Shown here piece after piece: positions 1 through 15,516 of a DNA stretch of 49,151 nucleotides. Position numbers and translations under genes: made by a program. The notes beneath the pieces are model-generated. The model had not been told where the DNA came from. It made no database searches and saw nothing but the letters and a program-made list of their open reading frames with translations. Positions within the stretch are counted from its first letter, which is position 1; the number at the start of each line of letters is the position of its first letter. Where the stretch lies: assembly GCA_014905635.1 (NCBI GenBank), contig JABVCE010000039.1, positions 186,001-235,151 of the forward strand, in the 5' to 3' direction. The stretch is from Scenedesmus sp. PABB004 (lineage: Eukaryota).

Positions 1-134
1 CGCCCGCCTGGTGCTGCTGGGCCGCGCTGTGCCGCGAGGGCGCTCCCCTGCGGCCCTGCGCAGCGGGCGCCGGCGGCCCGGCGCGCGCGCCGCCAGACGG
101 CGACCGCTGCTGCTGCCGCCGCTGCTGCTCGCAG

Positions 135-1351
135 CACCACCTGCTGGTCGGCTACTGCGACGCGCTGCAGTGGACGCTGGAGCACATGGCGGCGGGCCAG
201 CAGCAGCAGCAGAGCGACGATGACGATGCCAGTTCAGAGCCGTGCGTCGACCGCGCGCGCAGCAGCACCAGCCGCAGCGGCAGCAGCGGTCGGGCGGCGC
301 CCAGCGAGTGCCAGGTGGCGCTGCTGGAGCAGCTGGTGCGGCTGCCGTACAGCGCGGCGCCGCCAGGGGCGCTGGCAGGGCACGGCAGCGCCTGCGCGCC
401 CGGCGGCGCCGCGTGCGCGCCCGGCAGCGAATACGAGCCGGGCGCGGCGGCAGACGACCGCGTCGCGCCGCGGCACGACCCGTTTTGCTGGTGGCGGTGG
501 TTGCTGGTGCAGCCGCCTTTTCCAAACATCGACACGCTGACCCTGGAGGGCGCGTGCGCCGCCATGGATGAGGTGCGTGGCTGCCGTGGGGCGTGGCCGG
601 GCGCCGGGTGCCGGCAAGCGCCGCAGCCGCGTCGCCGTGTGCCCGACGGCGGCCGCCGCCGCTGCGTCGCAGGTCGTGCAAGAGCTGGCCCTGAGCCTGG
701 TGCTGCTGGACGGGCCGTGCAGCGGCGAGCTGGCGCCACTGAGCCGCCTCAAGGCCGCGCTTTGCAGGGCCATGTACCTGTTGATGAGCGCAACACTCTC
801 CAAGCGCAACGAGCTCTTGACTGAGCTCTGCCTCACCAACCGCGCGACGGGCGAGCAGGCCACAGAGCACGACCTCGCGCGCTACAAGGCGGTGGTGCTG
901 GGCGTGCGCCTGAGCCGCGACCAGGTCGCCGACATGCTGGCCGGCCTGGCTGCGTTCAACCGCCTGCACGCGCCGCTGCTGGAGCAGGTGCGCCGCCAGC
1001 GGGCGGGCGGCTCTGCCCGCTGTGAGCGCGCCGCCTCTCATCCTCGCGCGCTGCCGCCGCCTGCAGGTGCGCGAGCTGCAGACGCAGCTGGCAGCCGGCG
1101 GCCACGACGGCGCGCGCAGCAGCATGCTGCAGCACCTGGAGCGCACGACGGCGGAGAGCGCCAAGCTCGACCGCCTGGCACTTCTGTCGAGCAAGTGCGG
1201 GCTGCTGCGCGGCATGCTTGGCGTCACCTTGTACGGCGCGCTCACGTGGCGCCAGCTGGCGCGAGTAGCGGTGCTCAGCAGCCCATTCACACCTGCGGCG
1301 CCCGTGCTGGCGCAGGCGGTGGCCGCGTTGGCGCGCGAGGGCGCGCTGTGA
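135..1351 (+). CDS. bZIP/DOG1-like algal protein, copy 1 (5' exon outside window; exons 135-572, 673-987, 1067-1351)
   Basis: Spliced translation HHLLVGYCDALQW...HDPF...NRATGEQATEH...LTWRQLARVAVLSSPF is colinear with the paralog at 15517-17315. Introns 573-672 and 988-1066 are GT..AG. The C-terminal LTxxQxAR motif resembles the TGA/DOG1 region; the family label is inference. Confidence 0.7.
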
Positions 1352-2262
1352 GCTGGCGCCGGCGTGCGCACGGGGGCTCAGGTCGCACCGCTGGCAGCGG
1401 CGCAATTTGTTGTCCTGCATCTGTGTTCTCTGTCGCCACCCTGCTGAGAGCTCAACGAACGACCGCACGCGTGTCCGGCAGCGCAGGAGGGGGGGGGCTC
1501 TTCAGTTCAAACAGGGGTGGGGTGGAGTGGGGTGATTCATTCATTGTGGCTGCGCCTCACAGCTTGGGATTATAACGCGCGCGCACGTGCCTCAAGGCAG
1601 CAGGCACGTCTCACAGCCCAACGGGCTCGGGCGGGCTCGGGCGAGCTGTCAAGGTTGACACCGAACGTGGAGGCTGCACGGCTGGGTGCGGAACGGCAAA
1701 CTGGGGGCAGGTCGCCCGAGAGCGCGGTGCGGGGGCACGCGGGTGGACTCGCACAGCACTGATCAGGTGGCAGTGCCACCGGCATCGCCGGCGCGTGCGC
1801 GGTGCTGTCGTGTGACGCTGGCCGCGGCCGCCGGCAGCTGGCGATGGGGGAGGGGCAGTTTTGCATGCATGTGATGGCGCGGGCAGGTGTGTGACGAGGT
1901 TGCCCGAGGTGCCGAGGCACGCGGCGAGCTCGCGGCGTTGCCGGCGCAGCCCAGCCGCCCGGCGGCAGTGCACACACGTGGAGAGCCGCGGTCGGCGTTC
2001 CAGCGTTGGCCGCTGTCGCGGCAGCGTGCCGGTCCGCGGTGGGCGCGGGCGCAGCGCGGGCGCGGCCGATTCCCGCGCCCGCGCGTACTGCCGTGAGCCG
2101 CCCGCTCGCCCGGCCCCAACACGCAGCGCCGACCAGCCCATTGAGCCCGACGCAGCTCGATCAGGCGCTAGGCGCTCGGCACCAGCCCGTCGCGACGCAG
2201 ACGCGCAGGCAGGCGGGGCGCCCGCGCGCCAGGCCGGCCGGGCGGCCGCCCAGGGCGCCGAC

Positions 2263-5200
2263 ATGGTCGGCCCGGGCCCGCCCGGAGCTGCGACAGCTCT
2301 GTTTTCGGCGCTGGTGGTGGCGCTGGCCTGCTGCGCGGCTTCGCCGGCGGCAGCGGCGGCAGCAGCAGCAGCAGGTGCGCCCGGGCGGGGGCGCGGCTGC
2401 GGCACGGGCGCAAGGGCGCTGCTGCGCACCCACGCCCGCGTCGCACATGGTGTGACACCGCTGGCGCAGGCGGCGGCGACGCGTGCGTGCAGCGCGTGCG
2501 GGGGCAGTCGGCGCTGTACGGCGAGCGGCCGCTGCTGTCGAGCGGCGGCTTCTTCGACCTCAGCAAGGCCGCCGCCAGCGCGGGCCGGCTGGTGGGCCTG
2601 ATCACCTACTACAGCCCCGACACCAAGTGCATCACCGGCGTGAAGCCGGTGTACGCCTCGGGCGGCTCGCAGGCGCTCGGGCTGGAGCTGGGCGTGGCGC
2701 CGACGCTGCTCGCGCTGGGGCCGGGCGAGAGCGTGGCGCGCGTGGAGCTGGGGGTGGACCACAAGTGCGCGCGCGCCGGCGCCGCAGCGGGGCTGAGCGC
2801 ACGCTGCTGGCGCCTGGCGCGCACCAGAGGCGCGGGCGCGCGTGGCTGACCCGGCCGCGCCTGCCGCTGCAGGTGCATCAGCTTTGTCCGCTGGCACACC
2901 AACACCAGCCGCAGCGTCAGCATCGGCTCGCAGTACAACGAGGGCTCCACTTTGGCCGTCGTGGCGCCGCTGCTGCCCAGCTGGGAGCTGCTCTCGTTCC
3001 GCGGCACCCTCGTGCAAGGTGCGGCGGCGCCGGTAGCCGCGGCGGCGGCGTCGGTGGCGGCGTCGCGGCAGCGGCGGCGCGGCTGCTGCGACCCGGCCGC
3101 CCCACGCTGGCCGCCTTTGCGGCCGCCCGCAGGCGCGCTGCAGCAGCTTCAGTTTGTGTGGGGACAGGTGCTCTGCGGCGAGGACGCCCAGGCGGAGGGC
3201 GCGGCAGCCATTCACGCGCCGGCGCCGCCTGCGGCAGCGCCGGCCGCGCCGGCCGCGCTGCCGGAGGGCTGGTGGACCGGCGCAGATGCGCCGTCAGTGG
3301 CGGCAACGACGCCAGCTGCCGAAGCAGCACCCCCAGCACCTCCAGCGACAGCATCGGCGGCCGCCAAGCTGCCAGCTGCGTCGCTGGTCAAGGTGCCGGG
3401 GGTGCCTGCGCTGCCGGCGCTCAAGCTGCCGGCGCTGCCCAAGCTGGCGCCAAGCAAGCCAGCGGCGGCTGCGGCGGCACCCAAACCCGCCCTGCCTCTG
3501 CTCGGGGCCATCGGCGGCGTGGCCCCGGCCGGCGCTGTGCCCGCAGGCGATGCCCCCGCCCCGCAGGCGAAGCCCGCCCAGCCGGGCACGCCCGCCCAGC
3601 CGGAGCCGCCAGCTTTGACTGCGGCACCCGCGGCGGGGCCGCCTGCAGCGGCGGCCCAGCAGCCGCCGGCCCCGGCCTGCGAGGACAGGGCGTCGGGCCC
3701 GGTCACGGCCGTGGGCGTGCTGCGCGGCGGCGCGGCGGTGCTGGACCACACGCCGCTGCTGGCCGACAGCGGCCCGCTGGTTGGGCTGTCCCTGTATTTC
3801 AGCCCCGACCTGGGCTGCGTGCGGGGCGCCAAGGCGGTGCACGGCCGGCCCGGCGCGCCGCCGGCGCCGGGCATGCTGGGCAGCTCGGCGGGCGCGCGCG
3901 AGACGGCTCTGAAGCTGGCGCCGGGCGAGGCCATCACGCGCGTCGAGGCCAAGGCCCGCAAGTGCATCGAGTACGTGCGCCTGACGACGAGCGCGGGGCG
4001 CAGCGTGGCGGCGGGCACGGCCGCGTCGCCCACGCCCACCATCGTCGCAACGCCCACGCGCGGCGCCACGCACCTGGTCGGCCTCATGGGCGCTCAGGAC
4101 CCCGCCGGCAGCGGTGAGCGCCGCGCGGCGACGCAGCGGCACAAGCAGGGGCCCAGCAGTGCGCGGGGCCACAGCGCGCGCGCGCCGCAGCGCGGCCGCT
4201 CACCCCGACCCACCGCCGCTGCTCGCCACCCGGCGCAGACGGGCGCCCGGGGGCGCTGCAGCAGTTGCAGCTGGTGTGGGGCACGGGCACGTGCCAGTAC
4301 GCCAGCGCGCCCCTGCCGCCAGCGCTCGCACCGGCGGCAGCGCAGCAGCAAGCGGCTCCCATGGAGCCTGGAGCGCAGCAGGGTGGCGCCGCGCCGCCCG
4401 AGGAGCAGCCCAGCGCAGGCATGTCGCCGCCGGAGCAGCTGTCCAGCCCTGCGGTTGAGCAGCCCCCCACGCCGCAGCAGCTAGCGCCCGAGCTGCTGCA
4501 GCCGGCCTGGGCTGTCACAGCCTGGAGTCCTGCAGCCGGCCAGAGGGGGCCCAGCGTGCAGGCAGGGGCGCCCGCCTCGGCGGCCGCGGAGCAGCTGCCG
4601 CAGCTGTCGGCTGCTGTCCCTGTGGCGCCGGCCGCGCAGGAGCCCGTGCTGGATGTGCCGGCGCAGCAGCAGGACACAGGCACGCCGGCGCCCGCCAGCC
4701 CTGTGGACGCGCGGGCGGCCGGCGGCGGCGGGGCGGCAGCCGCGCTGGCTGCCCCGCCCGCGGCGGAGCAGCCGCCCGCCGCGCCCGCGGCGGCGCAGGC
4801 CCCGCAGCTGGAGGAGGCCGCGTGGCTGCTGGCGGCAATGCTCGGCGGCGGCGCCGCCGCGCCGGCCAACGCCAGCGGCAGCGCCGCCGGCAACGCCAGC
4901 AGCAGCGCGGTGGACATGTCGGCGCTCATGAACACCATGCTCCCCGGCTCTGCGCCGCCCAGCGTCGCAGCAGCGCCCGCGCTCGGCGCACAGCCGCCCG
5001 CCGCGCCGCCGCCCGGCGCCGCCGGCGGGCTGCTGGCGGGGCTGCTCGCCCCGCTCGGCGTGGCCGGCAACGACAGCAACCTGCGGCTGGCCAGCGCAGA
5101 GCAGCAGCCGGGCGGCGGCGGCCAGGCGGCCGGCAGTGGCCCGCTGGCCGCGCTGGGCGGCCTGCTCGGGGAGCTGCTCGCCGGCGCGCGCGGCGGCAGC

Positions 5201-5797
5201 GGCGACGGCCCGGCCGTGCCGGCGGCGGCGGGCGCCACGGGCGCGCCGCTCGCGGCCGCGGACGCGGGCACCAGCTTGGCCGACAAGTTGAAGCCGGTGC
5301 TGGGCCTGCTGGCGGCGTTGGGCAAGGCGCGGGCGGGCGGCGGCGCCGCGGCGGCGGCGGCTGGCCCCGCGGCCGCGTCGGTCGCGCCCGCGGAGCGCAA
5401 GGTCGTGGTGCGGCCGGAGGAGGAGATCATTGGCGCGCCGGACGACTATGACAACGCGGCGCCGGGCGGCCGCGGCCGCGCAGCGGCACCCGGGCCGCCC
5501 GCGGCCGGCGGCAGCGGCCTGCGGCTCGGCGCTGGCGCCAGGGCGGGCCCCGCCGCCGAGGCGCCAGCCCCTGCTGTCGGGTGGTCGGGCTGGCTGACGC
5601 AGTACCCGCCGTCCGCAGGCCGCGGCGTGCACGCCCCGTCACGCGCTGCGACGGACGACCGCGAGCCCCGGGCCGGCGGCCGGTCGCGCGCGCGCGGCCA
5701 GGACCAGGAGCACGGCGGCGGCGCAGCGCGCCTCCTCGGCCTTGCCGGCCGTGGCGCGGGGCGGCAGCGGCGACTGCTGGGCAGCTGGTGGGCGTGA
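2263..5797 (+). CDS. Secreted protein with two jacalin-like (beta-prism) lectin domains and Pro/Ala-rich linkers; spliced
   Basis: ATG 2263 is followed by a hydrophobic signal (LFSALVVALACCAA); first intron 2375-2469. Two homologous domains: LVGL..Y.SPD..C..G.K.V...L.L.PGE...RVE....KCI..VR..T...RSV..G...GALQQLQ.VWG at about 2490-3170 and 3700-4295. Confidence 0.65.
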
Positions 5798-6065
5798 CGG
5801 GGAGGGCGGGGCGCGCAGGAGGCCCGCGAACCGCCGCTTCCCGCCAAGCCGACGTGACAGCTCCGCCGCCGCAGCTCCGCAGTCCTGCGCAGCTCGCCGG
5901 AGGCTCCCGCGGTCTGTTTATCTAGCGTCGAGCGCAATCAGGCCTGACACGGTCCGCACTCCGGGCAGCTACCGCCTCAGCGCGCGTTGCCGCCCGCGCC
6001 AGCCGCGGCCGCGTCGCACAGCCGAGCATCCTAGTCGCAGCAGAATGAGCCCCTGAGCTCAAGCG

Positions 6066-9000
6066 ATGCGCGGCCTGTGGCCGCAGCGTGCGCGCGGCGG
6101 CGTTGGGCAGCTGCCGTTGCGCGCGCCGCTGCTGCTGGCCCTGCTGGCCCTGGCACGTGCGCAGCCCGACGTCTTGCTGGGGGCTTTCACAGCCGCTGTT
6201 GGCGGTGTGGGCGGCGCTCCGGGGCTCCTGGTGAACACGCCAGGGGGTAGTCGGCCGGTGGGGGATGTGGGGGCGGCCGGCCACGACAGGAGCGGCTCGG
6301 CGCCGCCCTCCCCGCCGACGGCGGCGCTGGTCGGCAGCGCGGCAGCGCTGGAGCTGCAGCTGCTTGCGGGCTCGGTGCTCGCGGCGGAGAGCCTGCCGCC
6401 CGACCTGGACGCACTGACAGAGGCCGACGCCCAGGCGCTCGTCGCGCGCATGAGCGGCGGCGGCGCTGGCGCCAGTGGCGGCAGCGACGGTGCTGGCGCT
6501 CTCGCGGCCGCGGGGCTGGAGCCTGAGCTTGGCGTCGGCACGCTCGGGAGCGCTGCACGCGGTGACGCGCCGGCGATGCAAGGCGCCCCCGCGGCGGCGC
6601 CGGCGGCGGCGGCCAGCGGCGGGGTGGCAGCTTCGGCGAGCGGCGAACCTCAGCCGGCTGCCTACGAGCAGGTGGTGGTCGCCAGCCTGCGCATGCGGCC
6701 GATCAGCGTGGACCAGCTGGCCAAGGCAGCGGGCGGCACCCCGGGCGCCGACGCGTGGCAGGCGCGGCTGCAGGCCGCGCTCGAGGGCGCGGCCGCGAAC
6801 GCCACCCAGATGCAGGCGCAGCACATCACGTCGCGCGTCTCCTGCCTCCTGCGCCTGGTGCGCGGCCAGGCCTGCCACCGCCGGCTGCCGGCGTCGCCCG
6901 GCGGCGGCGCCCGCACGAGCGGCGCCCGACCCCCGCCGCCGCCCTCCTGTCGCAGGCGCTGGAGCTGCAGGCTCCGTCCGAGGCAGACGCGGCGGCTGCG
7001 GCTGCGCGGCTTGCTGACGCAGTCAAGGTCCTGGCGGGCGGCCCCTCGGTGCTGGTGGGCGTGTCCCTGGTGCGGCCGGGCGGCGCGAGTGGCGCCGCGG
7101 CGCCCGGCGCCGGGCTGGGCGCCTCCGCCTGGCTCGGCTCGGTGGCGGGCGCCAGCGGCCCCGCCGCAGCCGTTGCCGACCCACCTGGCGGCGCTGCAAC
7201 GCGGCGCCTGGTGGGAGCAACGTCCGTGGCGCAGCTCGGCGGCGGCGGCGGCCCGCCCGGCGTGCTGGCGCTGCTAAGCATCTATGGCCTCCGCTCCGCC
7301 TCGGAGGCACTCAACGTGACGCGCACGCTGCGCTCGTCGTGCGCCGAGCTGTTCACGCTCGGCCAGGCGGCCAACAGCTCGTGCGTCCGCGCGCTGCTGG
7401 CGAGCTACGACGGGGCGGCTGGCGCGCCGCAGCGCGCGCTGCTGTCGGCGGCGAGCGCCGCGAGCGCGGCGCAGCGCGCACCGCCGCCCCCCTCGCTGCG
7501 TGTGCGGCAGCTGCCCGAGGTCCAGATCATAGTCAGCCAGGCGGTCGGCACCAGCGCGGGCGCCGCGGGCGAGGTGGTGACGCGGCTGCAGGCGTGGCTG
7601 GGCAGCAGCAGCGCGCTGCCGGGCGTGCTCGCGGCCGAGGGCCTCAGCGTGCTCTCGGCCGGCGTGCCCCAGGTGGTCGACCTGTCGGCGCCCGGGCCGA
7701 GCGCCCTCGGCCTGGTGCCTGCACCCGGCGCGCTTGCGCTGCTGCCGGGCAGCCTCGCGCCGAGCGGCTCAAGCCCACGCACGGTCGTGGGCGTCGCCGT
7801 GGCGGCGGCCGTGGCGGTGGTGGCGGTGTGCTCGGCGGCCGTGGCCATCGTCATGGTCCGGCAGCGCGCGCGCGCGGCGGCTGCTGCGGCGGCGCAGGCG
7901 GCCAGCGACGGGCTGCCCAGCAAGGTGCGGCCCGGGCCGGGTGCAGAGCGCTGGGCGTTGTGGCTGAGGATGGCATGGCGCGCCCGAGCAGCAGGGCGGC
8001 TCGTGCCGCTCACTCGCGCGCGCTGCTGCCGCCCGCCCCTCTCGCGCAGCGCCGCAAGGGCGGCGGCCGGGCCAAGTCCAAGCCCGCGTCGCGCTACCTG
8101 CCGACCTGCAGCGTCGCGCCGCCAGAGGCCACCGGCCCCGCACCCGGCCTCCCGTCGCCGCAGGGCGGCGCGGCGTCGCCGGCACGGCCCGCGGCTCCGG
8201 GCCTGGCGGCGCTGTCGCCCGCAGCCTCGGGCACCTTCGGCGCGCAGCCGGCGCGCCTGGCAGCGCTCGGCAGCCCGGCCGCACCGCTGCGTGGCGCGGT
8301 CAGCCCGGGCGCCGCGCTGGTGAGGGGCGACTCCGTGTCCAGCGCGGTCAGGTTTGACCTGGACGCGCGGCAGCGCAGCGACGGCGGCAGCAACAGCAGC
8401 GACGGCGGCAGCGACCGCAGCCGAGGCAGCACCGGCGGCGCCAGCAGCGGAGGGGGGGAGGGCGAGGGCGACGGTGAGGCCGTGCCGCCTCACCTCTCCA
8501 GCAGGACCGGCTCCGGCAGCAGCGCTGGGGCCTGGCTGCGTGGTGCCAGGGACGACAGCGGCCTCAGCCCGCGTGCGGGCCCCCGGCAGCACCCCAGCCT
8601 GCGCCAGCGGGCGGCGTCGCCCGACCACAAAACGGTGGCGGCTGCAGGGGCGAGCTTCAGCCGGGCGGGCGTGCCGGCCGGCCACATGGCGGCCACGCCC
8701 AGGCTGTGGCTGGCTGACGCTCCCGAGCAGGAGCCAGCCAACGGCGCGGCAGTGGCGGTGGCGGCGCCCAGCCCCTCACCCGGCTCTGCTGCCTGCCTGG
8801 GCTTGCTGAGTCTGTCAGGCGGCCTGGGCTGGAGCGCGCCCGCTGGCTCGCTGGCGCACGTGGCTGCCGCTGCGGCCGCCGCCGCTGCCGCCGCTGGCTG
8901 CGCCGCCCGCAGCGGCCTTAGCGAGGCGGGCGAGAGCACGGCTGCGCCTGTGGCGCCATGGGGCAGCGGCGGCATGGACAGGCTGCTGCCGGCGGCTGCG

Positions 9001-9069
9001 TCACCCGGCCAGCGGCGCATGGCCTCGCCGTTTGCGGTGCCGGCCAACTGCCCAGCAGAGCTGGAGTGA
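6066..9069 (+). CDS. Single-pass type I membrane protein, unknown function (exons approx. 6066-6857, 6956-7924, 8050-9069)
   Basis: Signal peptide (PLLLALLALARA), TM helix VVGVAVAAAVAVVAVCSAAVAIVMV followed by basic RQRAR, and a Ser/Pro-rich cytoplasmic tail. Canonical splice sites join three supplied ORFs in frame. Confidence 0.6.
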
Positions 9070-9574
9070 CCTTCAGGTCACAGCTGTGTGGGGGCCTGTG
9101 CAGGGGGCTGTGAAAATCCTGCCCGGGCGCGCTCCGTGGCGGCACGGCGGTGTGAACTGGTCTGGCGGACAATGTGGAAGCGGCGCAGTCTCTGTGGGCT
9201 GCTCGGCACGCGCTGCCGAGCTCTTCGTAACGCCCCGGTCGATCGCGCGCGTCGGGCGGCGAGAGCGAGCGCAGGGCCGGTCAGCGTTACGCCGCGCGTT
9301 ACTGCACAGCCGCCGCACCGCAGCCCAGCCACAGACCGCGCGCCGCCGCGCGCCGGCCGCCGGCGGCCCACAGATGGCGGACCGCCGCTGTGCCGGCGCA
9401 CAGGCAGCCAGGGATTGGGTTCTCTGGAACGATGGCGCCGCTGCTCGGCGCCTCCCTACACGCTGCTCAGCCCGCGCGCTGGCGGGGCTGCAAGGAGGCG
9501 CGCCGCCGGGCGCGCGCCCGCAGCGCCTGCTGCGGCGCGCGCGCCACGGGCGCCGCGTCGTCCGCCGCGCTGCG

Positions 9575-10739
9575 TCAGACGGTCGCGGGGGGCGTGCAGT
9601 TGGTGATCTGCATGAGCCGCGTCATGTTGACCGTGGGCAGCAGCAGCGTGTTGATGTTGTGCACCACGCCGCCGCCGGCCGCCACGTCCATCGGCGCGGT
9701 GAGCGTGCCGTTGATGATGGGCTTCTTGGTCACGCCGTCCACCGCCGCGCTGCTCACCGTCAGCGCGCCCGTGGCGTTGCTGCGCGGCGGGCGGCACGGG
9801 GGGCGGGCGCGCGCGCTCGGCGCGGTGCGCGGCCGGCGGGCGCATGACGCCCCCCTTGGCCCTGCGCCGCGCCGCCCTGCGCCGCGCCGCCGCGCGCCGC
9901 GCCGCCGCGCGCGGCCGCGGGGCTCACAGGTACTTGAAGCGCAGCGGCCAGTTGACGTTGATGTTGGCCTTGGCCGCGGTGTCATACTTCTTGGTCACCA
10001 GCATGCTGGGCTTGGAGTAGATGCCGCGCAGCTGCGCGCGCGCGCGCGCACACAAGCGCGGCTGGGCCGCCGCCGCGCGCCGGCCTGGGCTGCGCGGCCC
10101 CGGCCCGCGCGCCAGCGCCCGGCCCGCGCGCCGGCCCCCGCGCGCGCGCGCCGCGCGCGCACCTCAGTCGACGAGTACACGCCGGGCACGATGTGCTGGC
10201 GCAGGATGGCGTTGATGAGGCAGGTGTTGGCCATGAACTTCTTCATGTCCTCCAGCCGGCTGCCGAGCTTGTACTTGAGCCCCGCCTGGATGAACGCGGC
10301 ATCGGTGGGCACGAGCGCGGTGACCGGCATGCTGCGCGACAGCAGCGCCTTGGTCGCGCCGCTCGCGTCGCCGTCGACGGCGCGCATGATGAGCTTGTGC
10401 GTGGGGTCGGCCTTGAGGACGTCGTAAAAGGTGCGCTCCTGGCCCAGCGCGACTGCGCGGCGGCGCGCGGCGCGAGCGCGGCTCGGCGGCGGCGCGGCGC
10501 GGCGGGCGGCGCGGGCGGCGCGTTGTCGGGCCGGCGCGCCAGCGCGCGGCGCCGCGCTACGGCGCCGTAAACTCGCACGCGACGCCCGCCCGCGCGCTGC
10601 CGTGGCGCGTCGCGTGCAGCAGTTGCGGGCGGAGCTGACCGCGACCTGCGCGCGCAGTACAGCGCCCCGCCGGCGCACCTGTGAGCGCCGCTGCGGCGAC
10701 CAGGCAGGCCATTGCGGTGGAGAGGGTGCAACGCGCCAT
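9575..10739 (-). CDS. Secreted fasciclin (FAS1) domain protein; 4 exons
   Basis: Signal peptide MARCTLSTAMACLVAAAALTVALG. FAS1 motifs: H1 TALVPTDAAF, ILRQHIVPG, H2 VAAGGGVVHNINTLLLP. Stop at 9575-9577. Confidence 0.85.
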
Positions 10740-11518
10740 CGCGACGGCTGCTGCAAGGCCGGCGCGCGCGCAGGGACGCGGTGGAGCGGCGGGAGCTGCG
10801 GGCGGGCGCGCACGGAGCTCGTCCGGCGACGCGTGGGCGCGGAGGGGACGCGTTGAGTGGTGGGAGCTGCGGGCGAGCGCGGGGCCCCGGCGTCGTCCTG
10901 CGAGGCGCTGGCCAGTGCAGCAGTTGCGCCGCCGGCCGGCCGCTCGCCTGCCGCCTGACCGGCGCTGCCCTGTCTGCGTCGCGCGGGGCGCGCTGCACAC
11001 ACACGCAGGCGAGCGTTACGTGGCGCCCGCGTTCTGCGGCGCGCGCGCGCCGCCGGTGCCAGTGCAAGAGTGCCAGTGCGAGAGCGCGCGGCGCCCGGCG
11101 GGCGCGTCTAGGCATACACGTGGTGTGGTCAGGGGTGGGAGGGCTGCAGGCTCAGATCAGGTGGAGAGAAAAGTGGCGCCAGGACGCCCCGCACTGCTTG
11201 CTTGCTGTCTCTACAGTTTGCGTTGTGTGCCGCTGCGTCGGCCGACCCCTTCCCCGCCAGCCTGCTCGGCTGGCTTGCGGCCGCGGCGCCGCCCCCCTGG
11301 GCGGCGCGCGGCTCCCCAACATTTGGACGCGCCGCCGGCGCCGGCGGCGGCGGTGCAGCCGCCGGCGAGCGGCCGAAAAACCTGCGCGCGCCCGCCGCCG
11401 CCGGGCGGCGGGCGGCGGGCCCAAGCAACTCGCTGCACCTGCTGGCGCGCCTCCCGCGTGCACCGCGCCGTGAGGCTCGGCCGCGCCTCGCTGCGCCTCG
11501 CGCGCGCGGGCTGCGCCG

Positions 11519-14849
<3,331 letters not shown>

Positions 14850-15516
14850 GGTGGGACGAGCTCGCTGCGTGCTGCTGGTGGGGTAGGTTCGCGGAGACGG
14901 GCGACGTCGGGACAGGAGGTGTCGCGGGGGCGGTGTGCATAGGCGCGAGCGCTGGTGTGAGCGCGGGGCCACAAAGTGTCACTCTACAACGCGGCGGGGC
15001 GTCGCGTGCGTGCCAACAGTGCGCGCAAAACATGCGGCGCCCCGCCCTTGCCCGTCCCACGCCGGGCAGCAACACGCGCCACGCGGCGGGCAGGCCGTGC
15101 CGCCGCCGCCGCAGCCAGCGGGCGCAGCGCACAGCTGGCGGCGCGCGCCTGGCTGCCGCGCCCGCCCGCCCCGCTCACTTTTTCGGGCGTCCGTGAAACG
15201 CACTGCACCACCATTCGTTGCGGGGGCGCGAGAAAAACCAGGAGCAGTGTTGACTGAAAATCCCAGTGCGCGGTGCGTTTGTCGGTTGGCGTGCCCTCTG
15301 TTGTGCCTGCGCTCGTTCGTGATGGATGCCCCCCCCCCACATCTTTGAACAGTCCTCCACCGGTTGGCCGTTCAATCAACGTGGATCCGCCACCAAATAC
15401 ACCGCAGAGGACCCAAAGCCACCGTGCAACGGTCGTGCACACCCCGCGCGAGCCCAAGCAATGCACAGAACCTTGCGCCATGCTCACGGCCGGTGTGGCG
15501 CCTGGCCAGCAACCGC

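Noticed and set aside
985..1072. CAGGTGCGC direct repeats at intron ends as introner TSDs
   Set aside because: Explained by the donor consensus GTGCG plus GC-biased Val-Arg codons; no terminal inverted repeats or shared intron family were evident by eye.
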